Assembly: GCA_029953675.1 (NCBI GenBank)
Contig: JAMWBK010000005.1
Coordinates: forward strand, 1,054,001 to 1,118,000
Reading direction: 5' to 3'
DNA: 64,000 bases
Source of the DNA: Rhodosorus marinus CCMP1338
Taxonomy: Eukaryota > Plantae > Rhodophyta
Shown here: positions 34,702-48,000 of the stretch, piece after piece
How positions within the stretch are numbered: the stretch's first letter is position 1
Layout: each line of letters opens with the position of its first letter
Made by a program: the position numbers and the translations under genes
Notes under the pieces: model-generated
Database searches by the model: none
What the model saw: only the letters and a program-made list of their open reading frames with translations
What the model was told of the DNA's origin: nothing

Positions 34702-37700
34702 CTTCGAGTTAGGCTTCTCTCAGAGCGAGCCGGAGCAGTTCAGGGGGCTCATCTACGTTCTTGAAAATTTCATCCTCTTGATAGACTTGCGCTTTTTTTT
34801 TACCCTGCGTGTTTTCAGCACGCAACATTCATTTTTCCTTTTGTTTGTTCTACTAGAGATGGCGGAAAGAGGGGCAGTTCTTGTCCCCTCAATCAGATTG
34901 GTGCGTTGACCAGGACAGGCTGCTGACTGCATTTTTCAAGGTGTGCAGGCGAGTGGGGAGGGGGGGTGGGGGTGGTTAAGGGGAGGGCGGAATGGAACAG
35001 ATGGCATTGACCCACGTTTTTAGTAAGATTTTCAACGAAGAGACGTCTGGATGGCGTGGAAGATATCATTCAATATTTCACCCCTATGAAACGTGCAAAG
35101 GGTTGGCACGCATGGCTAAAACAGGTTCTAAATATTACTAAAAAAGAAGATAAGCCGGAAGCGCATCTTGCCAAGGGGTCGTCTGATTCGTTGCAAAGGC
35201 GAGTGAACCTATGGAAAGCCGAGGGTTCCCCTAGACTTCCCTTTTTAATACGATTTTCCAGCTCGTTCATCAGCAGGGTCCGACATACTAGGGGAAACGC
35301 GTTGTTTTGTTTCATCTAATTTTCTCATGACCATTCCCCCCCTCCCCTTTGCCTTCCTACTGGACACCGAGCGCATTTCAATAATTTTTTTTTCTTGAAA
35401 CGTTCCATGGTTGGCCACGGTAGGGTTTCTTGCGTATCGCAGCAGGTATTTCTTTTCCGAGATGGTCCAAGAAAACGCCCTTCAAAAATGCTGGTTTTTG
35501 TTATCTAAATTCGAACGTTTGCGGAAAATAGTGGCTGTCGAGAAGAAACCCAAATGGATATATGCCAGAAAAAAAAAAATTCTTGCTGGGCTTTCGACTA
35601 GCTTCTTTGTGAACCATCAATGCACGAAAGCATCCAATGAGGAAGCTCGCGGAAACGGGAACGAGATAGAATATTTAATCTTGACTGATCAATTCCGCGA
35701 ACTAGTTTGGATTTTGACTGAAATGCTGGAGCTCTCGTTCAATTTATGTGACAGTATCTCTTCCACTGTGATCCTAATCCAATGAGACTGCAATAGAAGA
35801 AATCTCAAAAACTTATTCAACAATACATTTAAATAGATTAGAATTTCAAGTAGGTTAATTCGTAAATAGTTTAAATATTTTGGGCTTTGTAAAATTGAAA
35901 ACGCCCCCATGCCCCGAAATCGCAACCTTTCATGGCCCAGATAGCTGAGATATTCTTGCTGTAGAGTGGATACTTTTCAGCGGATTGGTCTAGAGGGAAT
36001 AACAATCTGCCTTTAAGTTAAATTCCGTTCGGATACACTTCTACTCGAAACGTCTTTTCACCAATGAAATCACAGGATTTTAGAAGTTAAAAAATTCTTT
36101 GAATGAAATATCTGTTTCCTGTTTTTTTTTCTGTCGAATAAAAACAAAGCGTCGAGGTTTATGTTGCGTCCGGATTTTTTTGGGGGGGGGGTATGATTTG
36201 GATGGCCCAATGCTTTCTCTTTATGCAATAATTTTGATCTTAAAATATTACTTGCCGACTTCTTTCTTGGTACAACTGTGTCACGACAAGGAAAACAAAA
36301 AAATCTTCTGCTTGTCAGGATTCTTGGAAGAATTCTTTGCCAAAGCATCTTGAGCTGTCATAATTTAGTCAAATACAATTCCATACCTCAGATTTTTTTT
36401 ATAGTTCGACGACCAGATTTTTTTTCTTCTTCTGAATTTTGGTTGACCGCTAGGTGATCGACTTTTTCAAGCTGGATACCTGCCACTATTGCCTCGTCAG
36501 CGCTTTTCATTTTTACTTACCCTGCGTTTAAATATTGCAATGCGACAGACCACCACTTCATGCTGGACCCTCAGGGTGAATAACAAACGCGTCTACGTCT
36601 ACCCCTGGATTACCGATCCAATCCCCATAGTCAGCAACTCCCTCCCCCCCAACCAAAAAAGGGGATTGAAATAGCAATGGAAATCATAGGATCCAATCCG
36701 TCCAGTGAGGGGTTAGTACCAGCAAGCTAGTGAGACATCAAATTTAGTTCGCCCTCTGTTTCAAGAAGAAAATCAAAGCTCCTTTAATGTTGTATTTAGT
36801 ATCAAATGCATTTGGGCTTCATCTTGACTAGGTTCTGCAGACGGGGTGTGGGGAAGGGGGGTGATTGATTTTTTTTTGGTTTTCAGATGACGCGAGAAAG
36901 AGCCCCCACCCACCCCTCTGCGCTCCGAGTGGGCGTTCGCTCTTTGAAAGTTTAATCCAAGATGTGGCTGCCGTTATGCTGAAGTTGGAGTACACAGATT
37001 TTCTTATTGGTGGCGGCGCCAATATTAGAAAAAAACAAGACCCATTTTCTTGAAATCTGCAAGGGGGGAAGGCCGTTTCTAGCTTAGGGCCAAGAACAGT
37101 ATTGGAAACACTAAACTGAAACCCCCCCCTTCACAATATTTTTCATAGCCTTTATATGCATATTTATAATGGAGTTTTGAACAACCGCGATTTTGTGACT
37201 TGTCAGGCGTTACCCCTAGCAGCTATTTACGAGTACCCATCTCCGCGCGGTCCCCCCCCTTTCCTTCAGAACGGGGCTTATTTTATTCAAGGATTTTTTT
37301 CTTTTGTCAAACTGCAATTAAATTTCCCCATGTTTTTAATGCCGTTCCAACTGGGCATTAGTCTAGCCTGCCCTAATGGCGTGTCAAGCCAGGTAGTGAC
37401 ATGCCCTTTGCTTGGATGAGATTTTTTTCATCGAGAAGGTTCCAGACGGGTAGATTGGTGGGTGTGTTTTAAGGCCGACTGATTTCTGATTCCTGATCAT
37501 CGATTGGAAGGTGAGAGGGTGAGGGACTACACCATCCCAGGAAAGTAAAGCGTTTTTTAGCCGATGCGTACATTTCGAGCAGACGGCCGATGGAGGAGCA
37601 TATGGCAGTCGCAAGGCGATATCCAGGAACGAACAGACATGTGCTGCTGAGGTTCCTGTTTCTCGCCGTTTCGAAAAACGTCAGCAGAGTGAAACCTCTT

Positions 37701-39779
37701 TGGAAGCATCCACATCCACAAACTAGCTTGACATCAGTCCACAGTCTCTGGGCTTCCCAGGACGCGTTGATCGTTAAGAACTGAACCGGTCACTCGTGGT
37801 TGCCGTCTGGAGATTTTACGAGATCGATGTTGGTGGAAGGAACATTGTCCGTCAGTGCAATTCGAGAAGGTAGTTCAATTGATCAGGAAGAGTAGGTTTG
37901 CAAGAAATACTTCGAACCGCAGTATAGTCCACACTTAAATACGAGCGGAACCAACTTGTGTGGGGCTTTTAGGGAGTTGTGTGTGGGTTTCGGACTTCGT
38001 CTTTGTTTGTACGTGGAAGGTACTCAATCTGTTGGCCAAAAAAGGAAGCGTGCTTGCGGTTTTGGTAAGTCATACCCAACCGTCACAGGATTATGCATTG
38101 CTACGTCTCAGTAGCCAGTGTAATGTCGGGACCGGGGCTAAGTCCTACCGCGCTTGTCAAAGGTCCGTTTCCACGCCCAACTCGGGGGTAGTTCCACATC
38201 ATGTGCGTTACCTGTCCTCTTAACATGTGTGCATCTAGCTGGGGTGCAATGATCGTGTAGGTAGACGCTCGCTGCGCCGCTCCGACTTCTTGTGGATGAA
38301 TTTCTTGCAGACCCAACTGCAGCTCATACAAATTGCCCCCCTAACAAACAAAGACTTCCCCTCGGTTGAGCTCTGGTTTGCAGTTCACATCAAGTTCGGC
38401 TTCGGTAAAATACCATCCTAGTTTAGCTTGGATGGGACCTGCTAAAGTACGCTCGTGCAGTTTCGCAATGAGCGCACGTCACTGCTTTCCCGCACAAATG
38501 ACCAGCAGCTTCCAGTCCGCGAGCGCGAACCGGATGTTGCCGTCACGGCCAGAATTGCATAGTGTCCTCCTCACCGAGGATTGGATTCGAAGTCGTCGAT
38601 TAGAACCTCCTCGGGAAGCAAGCTGGTGTTTCTTAGGCCAGGGATAGCTAGTAGCAACCTCGACAGACAACATAGGAGAATGCTAGAGCCTTCGAATAGG
38701 ATGCACATCTGCCACTGGAGCCGCCAGTTGCTGTGCAATCCATCAGGCGAAAAGCAGGCGCTCACAGAGAGTTTCCTCATCTCAGCCCTATCAATACGCA
38801 CTTGACAGCTGTGGCCACCAAAAACCCGCACTTCGTAGTTGTGAGAGTGCCAGTAAGCTTTAGTAGTTTGTGTTTACTGATGAGTTAGTAATCACGCACT
38901 TGTGACTGCTGTTTCCCTCTCCTGGGGCACCCACCCGCGGTCGTTAGTTTTCTAGTAAACTAAAAAACGCCGCCACACATGTGTCCCCCATATCAACTTT
39001 TCGGAGCTGCATTTTCATAGACTACTGTGCAGACGGCTTTCTAACGATAGATTCAGTGGCTACTCCGGATCTTCAGCTTGAACCTGGTCACCAAGAACCG
39101 GCGGAGCAGGTTCAAAGACTTGAAGCGCCCACCAATCCCGCAAGCTGCTTATTAACAACTCCGAAGCAAACGCCGATGCTCTCAGAGAGAGAGGGGACGG
39201 TCGTCCACTACCTTACGTCCAAGAAAACCTTTGAAACTTGTCAAACCTCTAAAGCCTACATCAGACTCCATGTACCTCCACTCTCTGCACCTTCGCCTTC
39301 ATCAGCACGCTACCAACGTCTAACAACCAAAAGCAGTTCCGAAAAAAGAAACTATCCATTACATCGTGACCGAGACCGAGACTCGAACTCACGACCTATA
39401 AGATCTAAATACTAATTTTCGATAAAAAAACACAAAACCCTAGAAACCAATGTAAAACCTATGCCTCAATCTTATTTTCTGGTGGATGTTTTTTAATAAA
39501 ATCTCCTGGGTTCTATCATCCGCGGAGAATCGCCGATTCTCAGGGATGGCCGCACTGGGAGGGGATAAGACTTTCTCTTACAATGACCAGTGTGCAAAGG
39601 AAGGGTGGAGGCCCGACCACTAAACAGAAGCTGTATGGGCCTTTGGATGATAGCTTGTGGGATCGAGGTGATACAGGACGAAGCTTAGGCTCTGTACGAG
39701 CGATACGTTGTCTGATTTTGGATAGTGGTTTTTTTTTGCTTTTTGTTTGGTTTTGGCGGTTGGTAATTAGCAGAAAAGC

Positions 39780-41103
39780 ATGCTGAGCTTCACTGGGACT
39801 GGAGTCTTGTCAACGCGGAGGAGCGGGAGGATGAGCCAGGCTATTCGGAAGCGGGTGGTCGTCGCTTCGGTGGTACCCGAAAAGGCTGAGGCGAAAGTGA
39901 GTATCGGGAGTGCCGCGCTGCCAGGGGCTGTGATTGGGTTTTCAGTGGTCAATAGGGTCATCTACAGGACCTTGCTCGTGCCGATGAAGGACTACACTTT
40001 CTTTATTACTCAATTTATTACGTTTGCTTACGTTGCGGTCTACGGGGCTTTTTTGATGTCGAGGCGGAAGAAAGGAATTGTCACTGATGATATGATAGCC
40101 GTGGCCAAGAACAAATGGAAGACTTTCGCGTTGATTGGAGGCCTGGAGGCGCTTACATTGGCTGTCCAATTGTACAGTGGTGCGAGGCTTCCAGGATCCC
40201 TTTTGGGGATTCTTTCCCAAGGAATCTTGCCTTTCACGATGATTTGTTCAATTCTGCTACGCGGCAGGAAATATTCTGCCCTGCAGGTACGCAATATCTC
40301 CTCTGCTCGCGTTTGCTCTTACAAAGTTTTGACCCTAATCTTACGCTGTGCAATAACTTTAGGTCTCAAGTATAGGGGTTATTATTGCTGGTGTTTTGGT
40401 GACTATTTATCCTACTTTCTCATCTCTTTCATCTACTCTTGGAATGGAGCTGCTCGTCAACTCCGCTCTGTTCTTCATGTCATGCGGATTCATTGCACTT
40501 GCGCTCGTGCTCAAAGAAGGCGCGCTTCAGGGAGAAAGCCTGGATATTTTTGTGGTCAACACTTCAAGCTCGTTCATGCAGATGCTCGCCGCGATTGTCC
40601 TGATGCCTTTCTCTTTTGCCGTGGCTCTTGGAGGTCTAAGCCTTGACAAGTCGTTAGACTATGTCCATGCTGGAGTTCGGACTGCAGTTGGTAAGTAGGA
40701 TTCTCCCTGCTCCAATGTTCTCTACCCTCTTGCTTTGCTCTCGTTGGACACTCTTTGTTGGTGGAAGAAGTGCTTTGTTATTCATATTCATAGTTTATCT
40801 TGTACAGGAATGGAAGGCCTACGAGTAACCCCGTATATAGGGTTGGCCTATATGACCGTCAACCTTATTATGAACATTTTGGGGATTACGCTGATCAAGA
40901 ATATGTCAGCTGTAACCGCCATTCTAACTTCCATTGCGACAGTGCCAATAGTGACACTCGTCTTCTGCTTGGATCTTCCCCTTCTGGCGCCTCAACCGTT
41001 CACCCCGCTGTTCGTATTGGGAGTCCTCGCTGTCCTCGTGGGATTGGCTATGTACAACTATGAGGGCTTGCAGAAGGCTCGAGCCGCAAAGGATAAAACT
41101 TAG
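39780..41103 (+). CDS. CLT: CRT-like transporter (chloroquine-resistance-transporter-like, plastid thiol transporter), 2 introns
   Basis: VNRVIYRTLLVPMKDYTFFITQFITFAYVAVYG...GIVTDDM and GRKYSALQV parallel plant CLT1-3. Transit-peptide-like N-terminus. Confidence 0.85.
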
Positions 41104-41122
41104 TCAACCTTTCTCACGCGTA

Positions 41123-43684
41123 TCATGGTGTTGAAAACCCGCGATTTCTCCCTTCCGTTAGGAGCGATCCGTCACCCACAGGTTGGTCAACGCTGGTAGG
41201 CACTCCGCGTTTAAGGTGTTTGTGGAAGCCTTCCCTCGCTCCTTCGAGAGCCGTCTCGTGCTTGAAGGCCACGATGCGATCAATTAACTCGTCGTCTGTT
41301 GGTATGCCGACTCTCCGCATATCCTTAAACGCGTTGACGGCTTCTTGTAAGCTCGCTTGGTTCTGGAAGCCTTCGATCAGCATCTCGTACGCTCTGTATC
41401 CCGGCTTTGGCTGAACCTTCAAGAGTAATTCAAAGATCCTGCACGCGCTGGTTATGTCGCCTAGGGTCAAATAAGCGCTCAAGAACGCCCGGCAGGTGTG
41501 CCCATTTGGGAGTAGGTTGCGCTCTAGCATATTTCCAAGCACGCCCATCGCCTCGCCAAATTTGAAACTCATGCACAAGGCACGAATCATTGAGTTGTAC
41601 GCATGCACATCAGGGAGCATCCCTCTTTCCATAATGTTTTCGAACACGGCATATGCCTTCTCATATTGTCCGTTAATCCCGTATGCGTCAACAATGTGCG
41701 TCATCGTGAAGCAATTTGGAGTGAAGCCCATTCTTTCCTCAAGTTCCCTCAGAACCGAAATCGAACCGTCCGGGTTTCCGCAATGACCATATGCATGCAT
41801 CATGCTCTCGTAAATTGCAAGGGTGGGTCCTTTAACTGCAACCAAGTACGGAGATAAGACCCGGGGGTAAGCAAACAGAGCGACATTCCCGCTAACACTG
41901 GAGGATCTAGTTCAACCTACCTTCGTCTTTGACAGCATCAAAAGCGCCTTTGGCACTAATCAGATTGCGCTGTAGGCCAAACGCCCTGATGAGATGGACT
42001 TGCACATTGTATTTCCTTCTAGGCTGGAGAAGTGCGACATTCTTTGCGCAAAAAATTACTCCTTCTACCTCCTTCTTCAACGCATAGGCCTTTGCCAGCT
42101 TTTCGTAAGTGGCTGGCGTTTTGTTCTGCACCATGTGAAAAGTTTTCAAAGCTTGCCCAAGTTGTCCGTTCATCCCGAAAGCATCAATCATTGCGTTATA
42201 TACACAATCCAGTCCCGTATCACGTCTCCTCTTTGCTTCTTCATAGAGGTCGTACGCATCTCCTATCCTCCCGTCTCGCGCATAATTGATTATAAGACGA
42301 GCATAGTAGCTCCCTGGCGGCTCCATCTAACCATAAGTCAACAAAAGTGAATTAACTCCTTGCCATCCAGAACGCGCCTCAGGACACGCAAAGATGGCTG
42401 TTACAGCTACCCTGTCCATGTTGGGTTACATACTTGTCCCTGTCGGGTGAGAGCGAGAAGCTTCTCAATTGACGCAGTGTCCCCGCATCTCATGTAGCTC
42501 TCAGTCAAACGATCTATATCCTTCATCCTTAGACCTTGAGCACCTTGCATGGCGAGGCTGTGAACATCTCGAACACCAGCTACATCATTCTTCCGAGAGA
42601 ACGCGTCTGCGAGGCCCATCAACGTCTTCCTGTGAGGTTTTATTCTCGCGTCCAACATTTTTTCCACAGCAGCTTTGGCACCTTCAAGATCCCTTGCCTG
42701 CAACCAAGAAAACGGTGACGATGAGAAAGAAAACCATCCTGTCAGAAATGGATATGGTGTTTACAAACGAGCGCGGAACGTTCGCCAGTCCTCTGCGATT
42801 GCTGATGATCTCCTCAGCAATACTATAAAGCGGCACTCGCACTGCCCCTTACTGTGAGGGGAGGCAGAAAGCCTTTTAGTCTTGCCAGTTTGGTTTTGAT
42901 CCAAGACCCTCACCTTGCTGTAGAGCGCAACAAGCTTGGAGTAGAACGCCTCGTTGCGCGTCACGCCTTTGTCCGAGAGCGCTCTTGTGGATACTTCCTT
43001 AAATTCATCATATTTACCCCGGCTCAATGCATCATCCATAAGACACAAGTACATTCCCGGGTCCAGTTTCAACCCTTGATTTTTGAGTTCATCGCCGATG
43101 GGCTGCAAGTCAAGCTTGTTCATGAGCGTCGCATTAAGAACCCATCGCAGTACCAGGGGGGTCAATTCAACGTTGTTTACACGTAAAAGTTCCAAGGTTT
43201 CCCCGGTATTCCTTAGAAGGCGGACGAGGATATGGATACAGGCAGGTGTTATTCTTAGTTCGTTCTCGAACATCTCCGCTATGACCTCTCTTGCCTCAGT
43301 TACCATCTTGCGTTTGGTCAGCACATCAAGGACTGGGACATATGGTCCCACATCCCTGAACTCTGCCTTGGCCTTTCTTTGGCCGATTTTGATTACATCA
43401 CGGGCTTGGTCAACGTGTCCGTGGTATGCCAACAAACGTACCATCTTTTCAACTAGCTTCTGGTTCGCTTGCCCATAACCATTTAGCCACATGTCAGCAA
43501 CCCTCGTACAATCCTCGACTCTTGCTTCCAAGCTCGGAACCCTGAACCACCTCACTCCGCCGTTCGCGAAGATCACGTTCTTCGACGACGCTCTGCGCCA
43601 TGCAGAAGAGCTCGTGTTCAGCATGCTTGACGACAAACGAGCGCTCTCGAGCAAACGATCGCAGCCAGATGTAGAAGAAAACAC
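41123..43684 (-). CDS. Pentatricopeptide-repeat (PPR) protein, at least 3 introns; start uncertain (up to about 44.1 kb)
   Basis: Repeated 35-aa units such as PDVHAYNSMIRALC-FGEAMGVLGNMLERNLLP and PNCFTMTHIVDAYGINGQYEKAYAVFENIMERGML. Confidence 0.88.
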
Positions 43685-45058
43685 GTAGCTAACGACTCTT
43701 CAACTACACGTAAATCTTTCTCCACTTCGCCAGGTATGTCATGGTTGACAGATCAGGAAACCTGAAAACCCGGATCTCCTCCCAGCAGCCAAAAAAAAAG
43801 AAAAAAAGGCCAAACTCAAGATCCCCATACGCTAATCAAACCCTCCCATTCATGCGACACCAAAAAAAGAGAAAAAGCTCCCAATTGAGAGCAAACAAAA
43901 AAATTTCACTACCAGATCCCTCAAACAGTCTCCACAGCTCTTCACAACCCTCCCAGCCCACCCTCTCCCACATCCACATCTCCCACTCCCTCCCAAACCC
44001 CCCCTTCCCCCCCCAAAAAATACTCACCAAGAACCTCCCGACGGCGCGCTCCCCACAGACCTAAAAAAATTTTCATCCATCTTTACATGACACTAACTTC
44101 GGAGAGAGCGAGAGAGTTCTCCATCAATAGTTCGCCTGTGAAAGCAAAACGCTTCCGACGAAAAAAAAAACCAACACACAATCCAAAACAAAAGAAAAAA
44201 AACCCAGATCAATCTTTTTCTCTTCTATATTGATTGAAAAGTATTTTTCTTTTGGTGTCTTCTCAAACGTTCTGATTTCTTCTGCTAAACTGATACTTAT
44301 TCCCATTTCTGTCGACTACTCCCGACCCCCCCTTTTATGTACTCTTTTGTTTCCCTGTATCGGATAGTCCTATTGAGCCGTCCTTGGAGGGGGCAATTTG
44401 TGTTTTTTGGGATCTCTATCAGGAAGCCTTTAATATTTTTATGACCCCTAGTACTATTTCCAGTTGAGTTGTTATTTCCTTTTTTTTATTTTAAATAGGA
44501 AAAATATTATGACGATAAGAACTAATCAGCCCCTGGTGTATTCTTGGTGTTGGTCGAAAAGAGGGATATGAAGGGGGGGAGGAACTTTTCAATGAGCGTT
44601 TCGAAGGTGTGTTGCATAGGGAAAATCCAGAACTTGCTTTTTTGGGAGGGGGGATGGGGAATGCCTTGAATTAGCAAAAAAAAAACTACTTCTGGAGGGA
44701 GGGCCATATTGGTGTTTGGTGTCAATCGAAGATGGATGACACCCTTGCTTTGATCTTTCCTTTTTTTTTGCAGTTTCGTCAAAGGAAAGCGTGAGCCGAT
44801 TGGGTTTTTCAGAAGGGCCAAGGTCTTCATGTGTTGTGGGGATTAGCGGATGGAAGGGAGTGAGGGAGGGGGAGGATGATGGTGTGGGTTTGGGATTGTG
44901 CGGGAGGATACAATAAGGATCTTGGTTTGGTAGATCTGTGAGTTTGCAAAACTGGATCGTTTTTGATTCAAGGTTCGGGTGGGGGGGGGGGGGGGTTTGG
45001 GGAAGGATTTCCTTTTTTGTTTTGGCTAACAGGTTGTAGAGAGAGGAGGTAGCAGAAG

Positions 45059-48000
45059 ATGGCGTCCGTAGTATCGACATCGGAGCTGCTTTCTGTAAGT
45101 TTCGCGCCTTCAGATCTTTGGTTTTTCGGTTTTTTGTTTGGTAGTTGGGGGGTGCCGTTTGGCCTGCTTTTTAATCCTGTACTTGAAGTTGTTGTGCTTG
45201 GAGGGTTAAACTGCCCATGTTGGTTTTCGTTTGATCCCGATCATCGTCTGGGTCCTTGTTAGACGTTTTTGCCTGTTGCTCCCAGGTTCTGACATGTTTT
45301 TCATTCTGTTTCTCACCTGCTGAAATTTAGCTCCCGGCTCTAGGGGTTGATGCCCAGTTTATCTCGTTTCAAAATCTTACTCTTGAGTCGTCCAACTTCC
45401 TGTGCGTTCGCGAGACGAACGCACAGGGTGCAGTTGAGATCGTGATAGTTGATCTTATGAATCCAAGCATCTTGGATCGACGTCCAATGTCAGCAGAGTC
45501 AGTACTTATGAACCCTGAGTCGAAGGTGATGGCCTTACGCGCCAGGGGACAGCTCCAGCTTTTTGACTACGGGACAAGGGCGAAACTGAAGGGAGCCTCC
45601 ATGAGTGAACAGATCGATTTTTGGAAATGGATTAGTCCGAGCACGGTAGGAATTGTGACGCCATCTTCTGTCTATCATTGGAGAAAGGATGATCAGTCAG
45701 AACCCGTGAAGGTCTTTGACCGGCATGCATCCTTGAAAGCTGGACAGAACCCGATGTCGATTATTACATACCGAGCCGATCTGTATGAGGAATGGCTCTG
45801 CCTGGTGGGAATAGCGCCTTCGGTACGTCGAATTCGCACAGACGAATATTCAGTCACTAGGTTTTGCTGGGGATCTCTAATTTGCTCTTTGTGCGTGCAC
45901 GTGCTCTCTTGTACAGGGTGGATCCGTTGTCGGGCAAATGCAATTGTATTCTACGAAGAAAAAAATATCGCAAGCAATAGAAGGCCAGGCAGCGACGTTT
46001 GCCACGATGAACATGTCCGGTCATGAAACAACGTTATTCGCGTTTGCAAATCGGAACGCTCAGGGGGGAAAGCTCCACATCATAGAAGTCGGTCAGGAGA
46101 GGAAGGACGACACCGCGCCAAAATTTGAGAAGAAGCAGGTTCCTGTGAATTTCCCAGCAGACGCACCAGCCGACTTTCCCGTGTCCATGCAGGTAAGTAG
46201 CAAGGAGGAATTTGTATTATACAGACGAGTTCTCATTGCATGCATAGACAACAATGTTTAATCGGTCCTCATTGCGCGGACCTCTCTCTTTCCCCTCACC
46301 GCCCAGGTATCATCAAAGTACGGAATACTCTATCTCGTCACGAAGATGGGCTATGTGCATGTTTTTGATATCGAAACAGCCACTAACATTGCGGTCCAGA
46401 AAGTATCTAGCGATCCCGTCTTCATCTCCACTCCGCACAAGGAATCTGGAGGCTTGGTGGGTGTTGATAGACAGGGACGAGTCCTCCTCACATCGATCAA
46501 CGAGGCAGCTGTTGTGCCTTACGTGCAAAACACGCTTGGCAACCCAGAGCTGGCGATCCGTATAGCCGCGAAGAACGGCTTTCCGGGAGCAGAGCAGTTT
46601 TTCGTACAGAAATTCAATTCTCTCTTCGAAGGAGGACACTACAAAGAGGCTGCAATGATTGCCGGAGAGTCTCCGGCGGGCTTTCTTAGAACGCAAGAGA
46701 CCATGCAGAGGTTCAAGGACTTGCCATCGGAAGAAGGGAAACCTGCGGCATTGCTTGTATACTTCCAGACGCTACTTGAGAATGGAAAGTTGAACAAAAT
46801 TGAGTCAGTCGAACTTGGCGAGCTTCTGCTCTCGTATCAGCGGGTTGAGCTCTTGGAGAAGTGGATCAAAGAGGATAAACTCGAATGCTCGGAAGAACTG
46901 GGAGATGTCATCAAGTCTCAAAATAGTCAGCTCGCAACAGCAGTGTTTGTCAAGGCGGAGGCGCACATGAGGGTGATTCAGGGACTGCTGGAGGCTGGGC
47001 AAACGGAGAAAGTCCCATTGTACGCCGAAAGAGTGGGCCTCAACATCAGCCAAACCGAGTTGGTAAGCATGGCGACCTCGGTAAACCCCACGGCAGCTTT
47101 GCAGTTGATGCAGGATATGGGCAACATGGGAAACGCCCCAACAGACCACAAAGCAATGGTAGAAATGCTGCTCAACAAGGGCATGGTCCAAGAGGCGACG
47201 ACGTATTGTGTGAACAAGATGACCGATTCTGATGAGAATGGGGAAATCCAGACGAAGCTCCTCGAGTCAAACTTACAGTCAGCCCCGCAAGTAGCAGACG
47301 CGATACTAACGAGAAAAGCCTGGACCAAGTTCGATAACAACAAAGTGGCAAAGATGGCCGAACGCGCAGGGCTATACAATCATGCTTTGGCTAGTTATTC
47401 GGATATCGCGGATGTGAAGAGGGTTTTGCAGAATGCTTCGAGTATGGACGCAAACTTCGTCACTGAGTACTTTGGAACGATGAACCCCGACGATGCGGTG
47501 GCGTGCCTTCAGGACCTCGTCCGTGGAGGGCAAAGAGCCAATCTGCCGCTAGCTGTACAAATTGGCTCCAAGTATCACCATGAGCTTGGGACCAACAAGA
47601 TTCTCACCATTTTTGCCTCGCTGAAGAATCAAGAAGCTTTGTTCATGTATTTAAACGGAATAATCGAGAGCTCGGACGACCCTGACATTCATTTCAAGTA
47701 CATTGAAGTCGGGTGCAAACTGCAGCAGTTCCAGGAAGTTGAAAGAATAACTCGGGAGAGTGAGCACTATGAGCCGGAGAGGGTCAAAAACTTCTTGAAG
47801 GATATGAAGCTCAGAGATCCGCGCCCACTGATTAACGTTTGCGACAAGTATAATTACGTGGGAGAGCTCATCAAGTTCATGGTCAAGAACAATCAGCTGA
47901 GGTTTGTAGAAGGGTATGTGCAAAAGGTCAACCCGGCAAGGTGCCCTGTGGTGGTCGGTTCTCTCCTTGATCTAGATCAGGACGAGGAGTTCATCAAAGG

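Noticed and set aside
39340-39405. tRNA-like fragment on the minus strand (AGGTCGTGAGTTCGAGTCTC B-box/T-arm followed by a D-arm-like GTAATGGATAG), suggesting a circularly permuted tRNA as in Cyanidioschyzon
   Set aside because: The T-stem pairs imperfectly, no complementary acceptor stem or anticodon arm can be built, and the local hairpin is in a different register. A tRNAscan-SE or SPLITS run would settle it.
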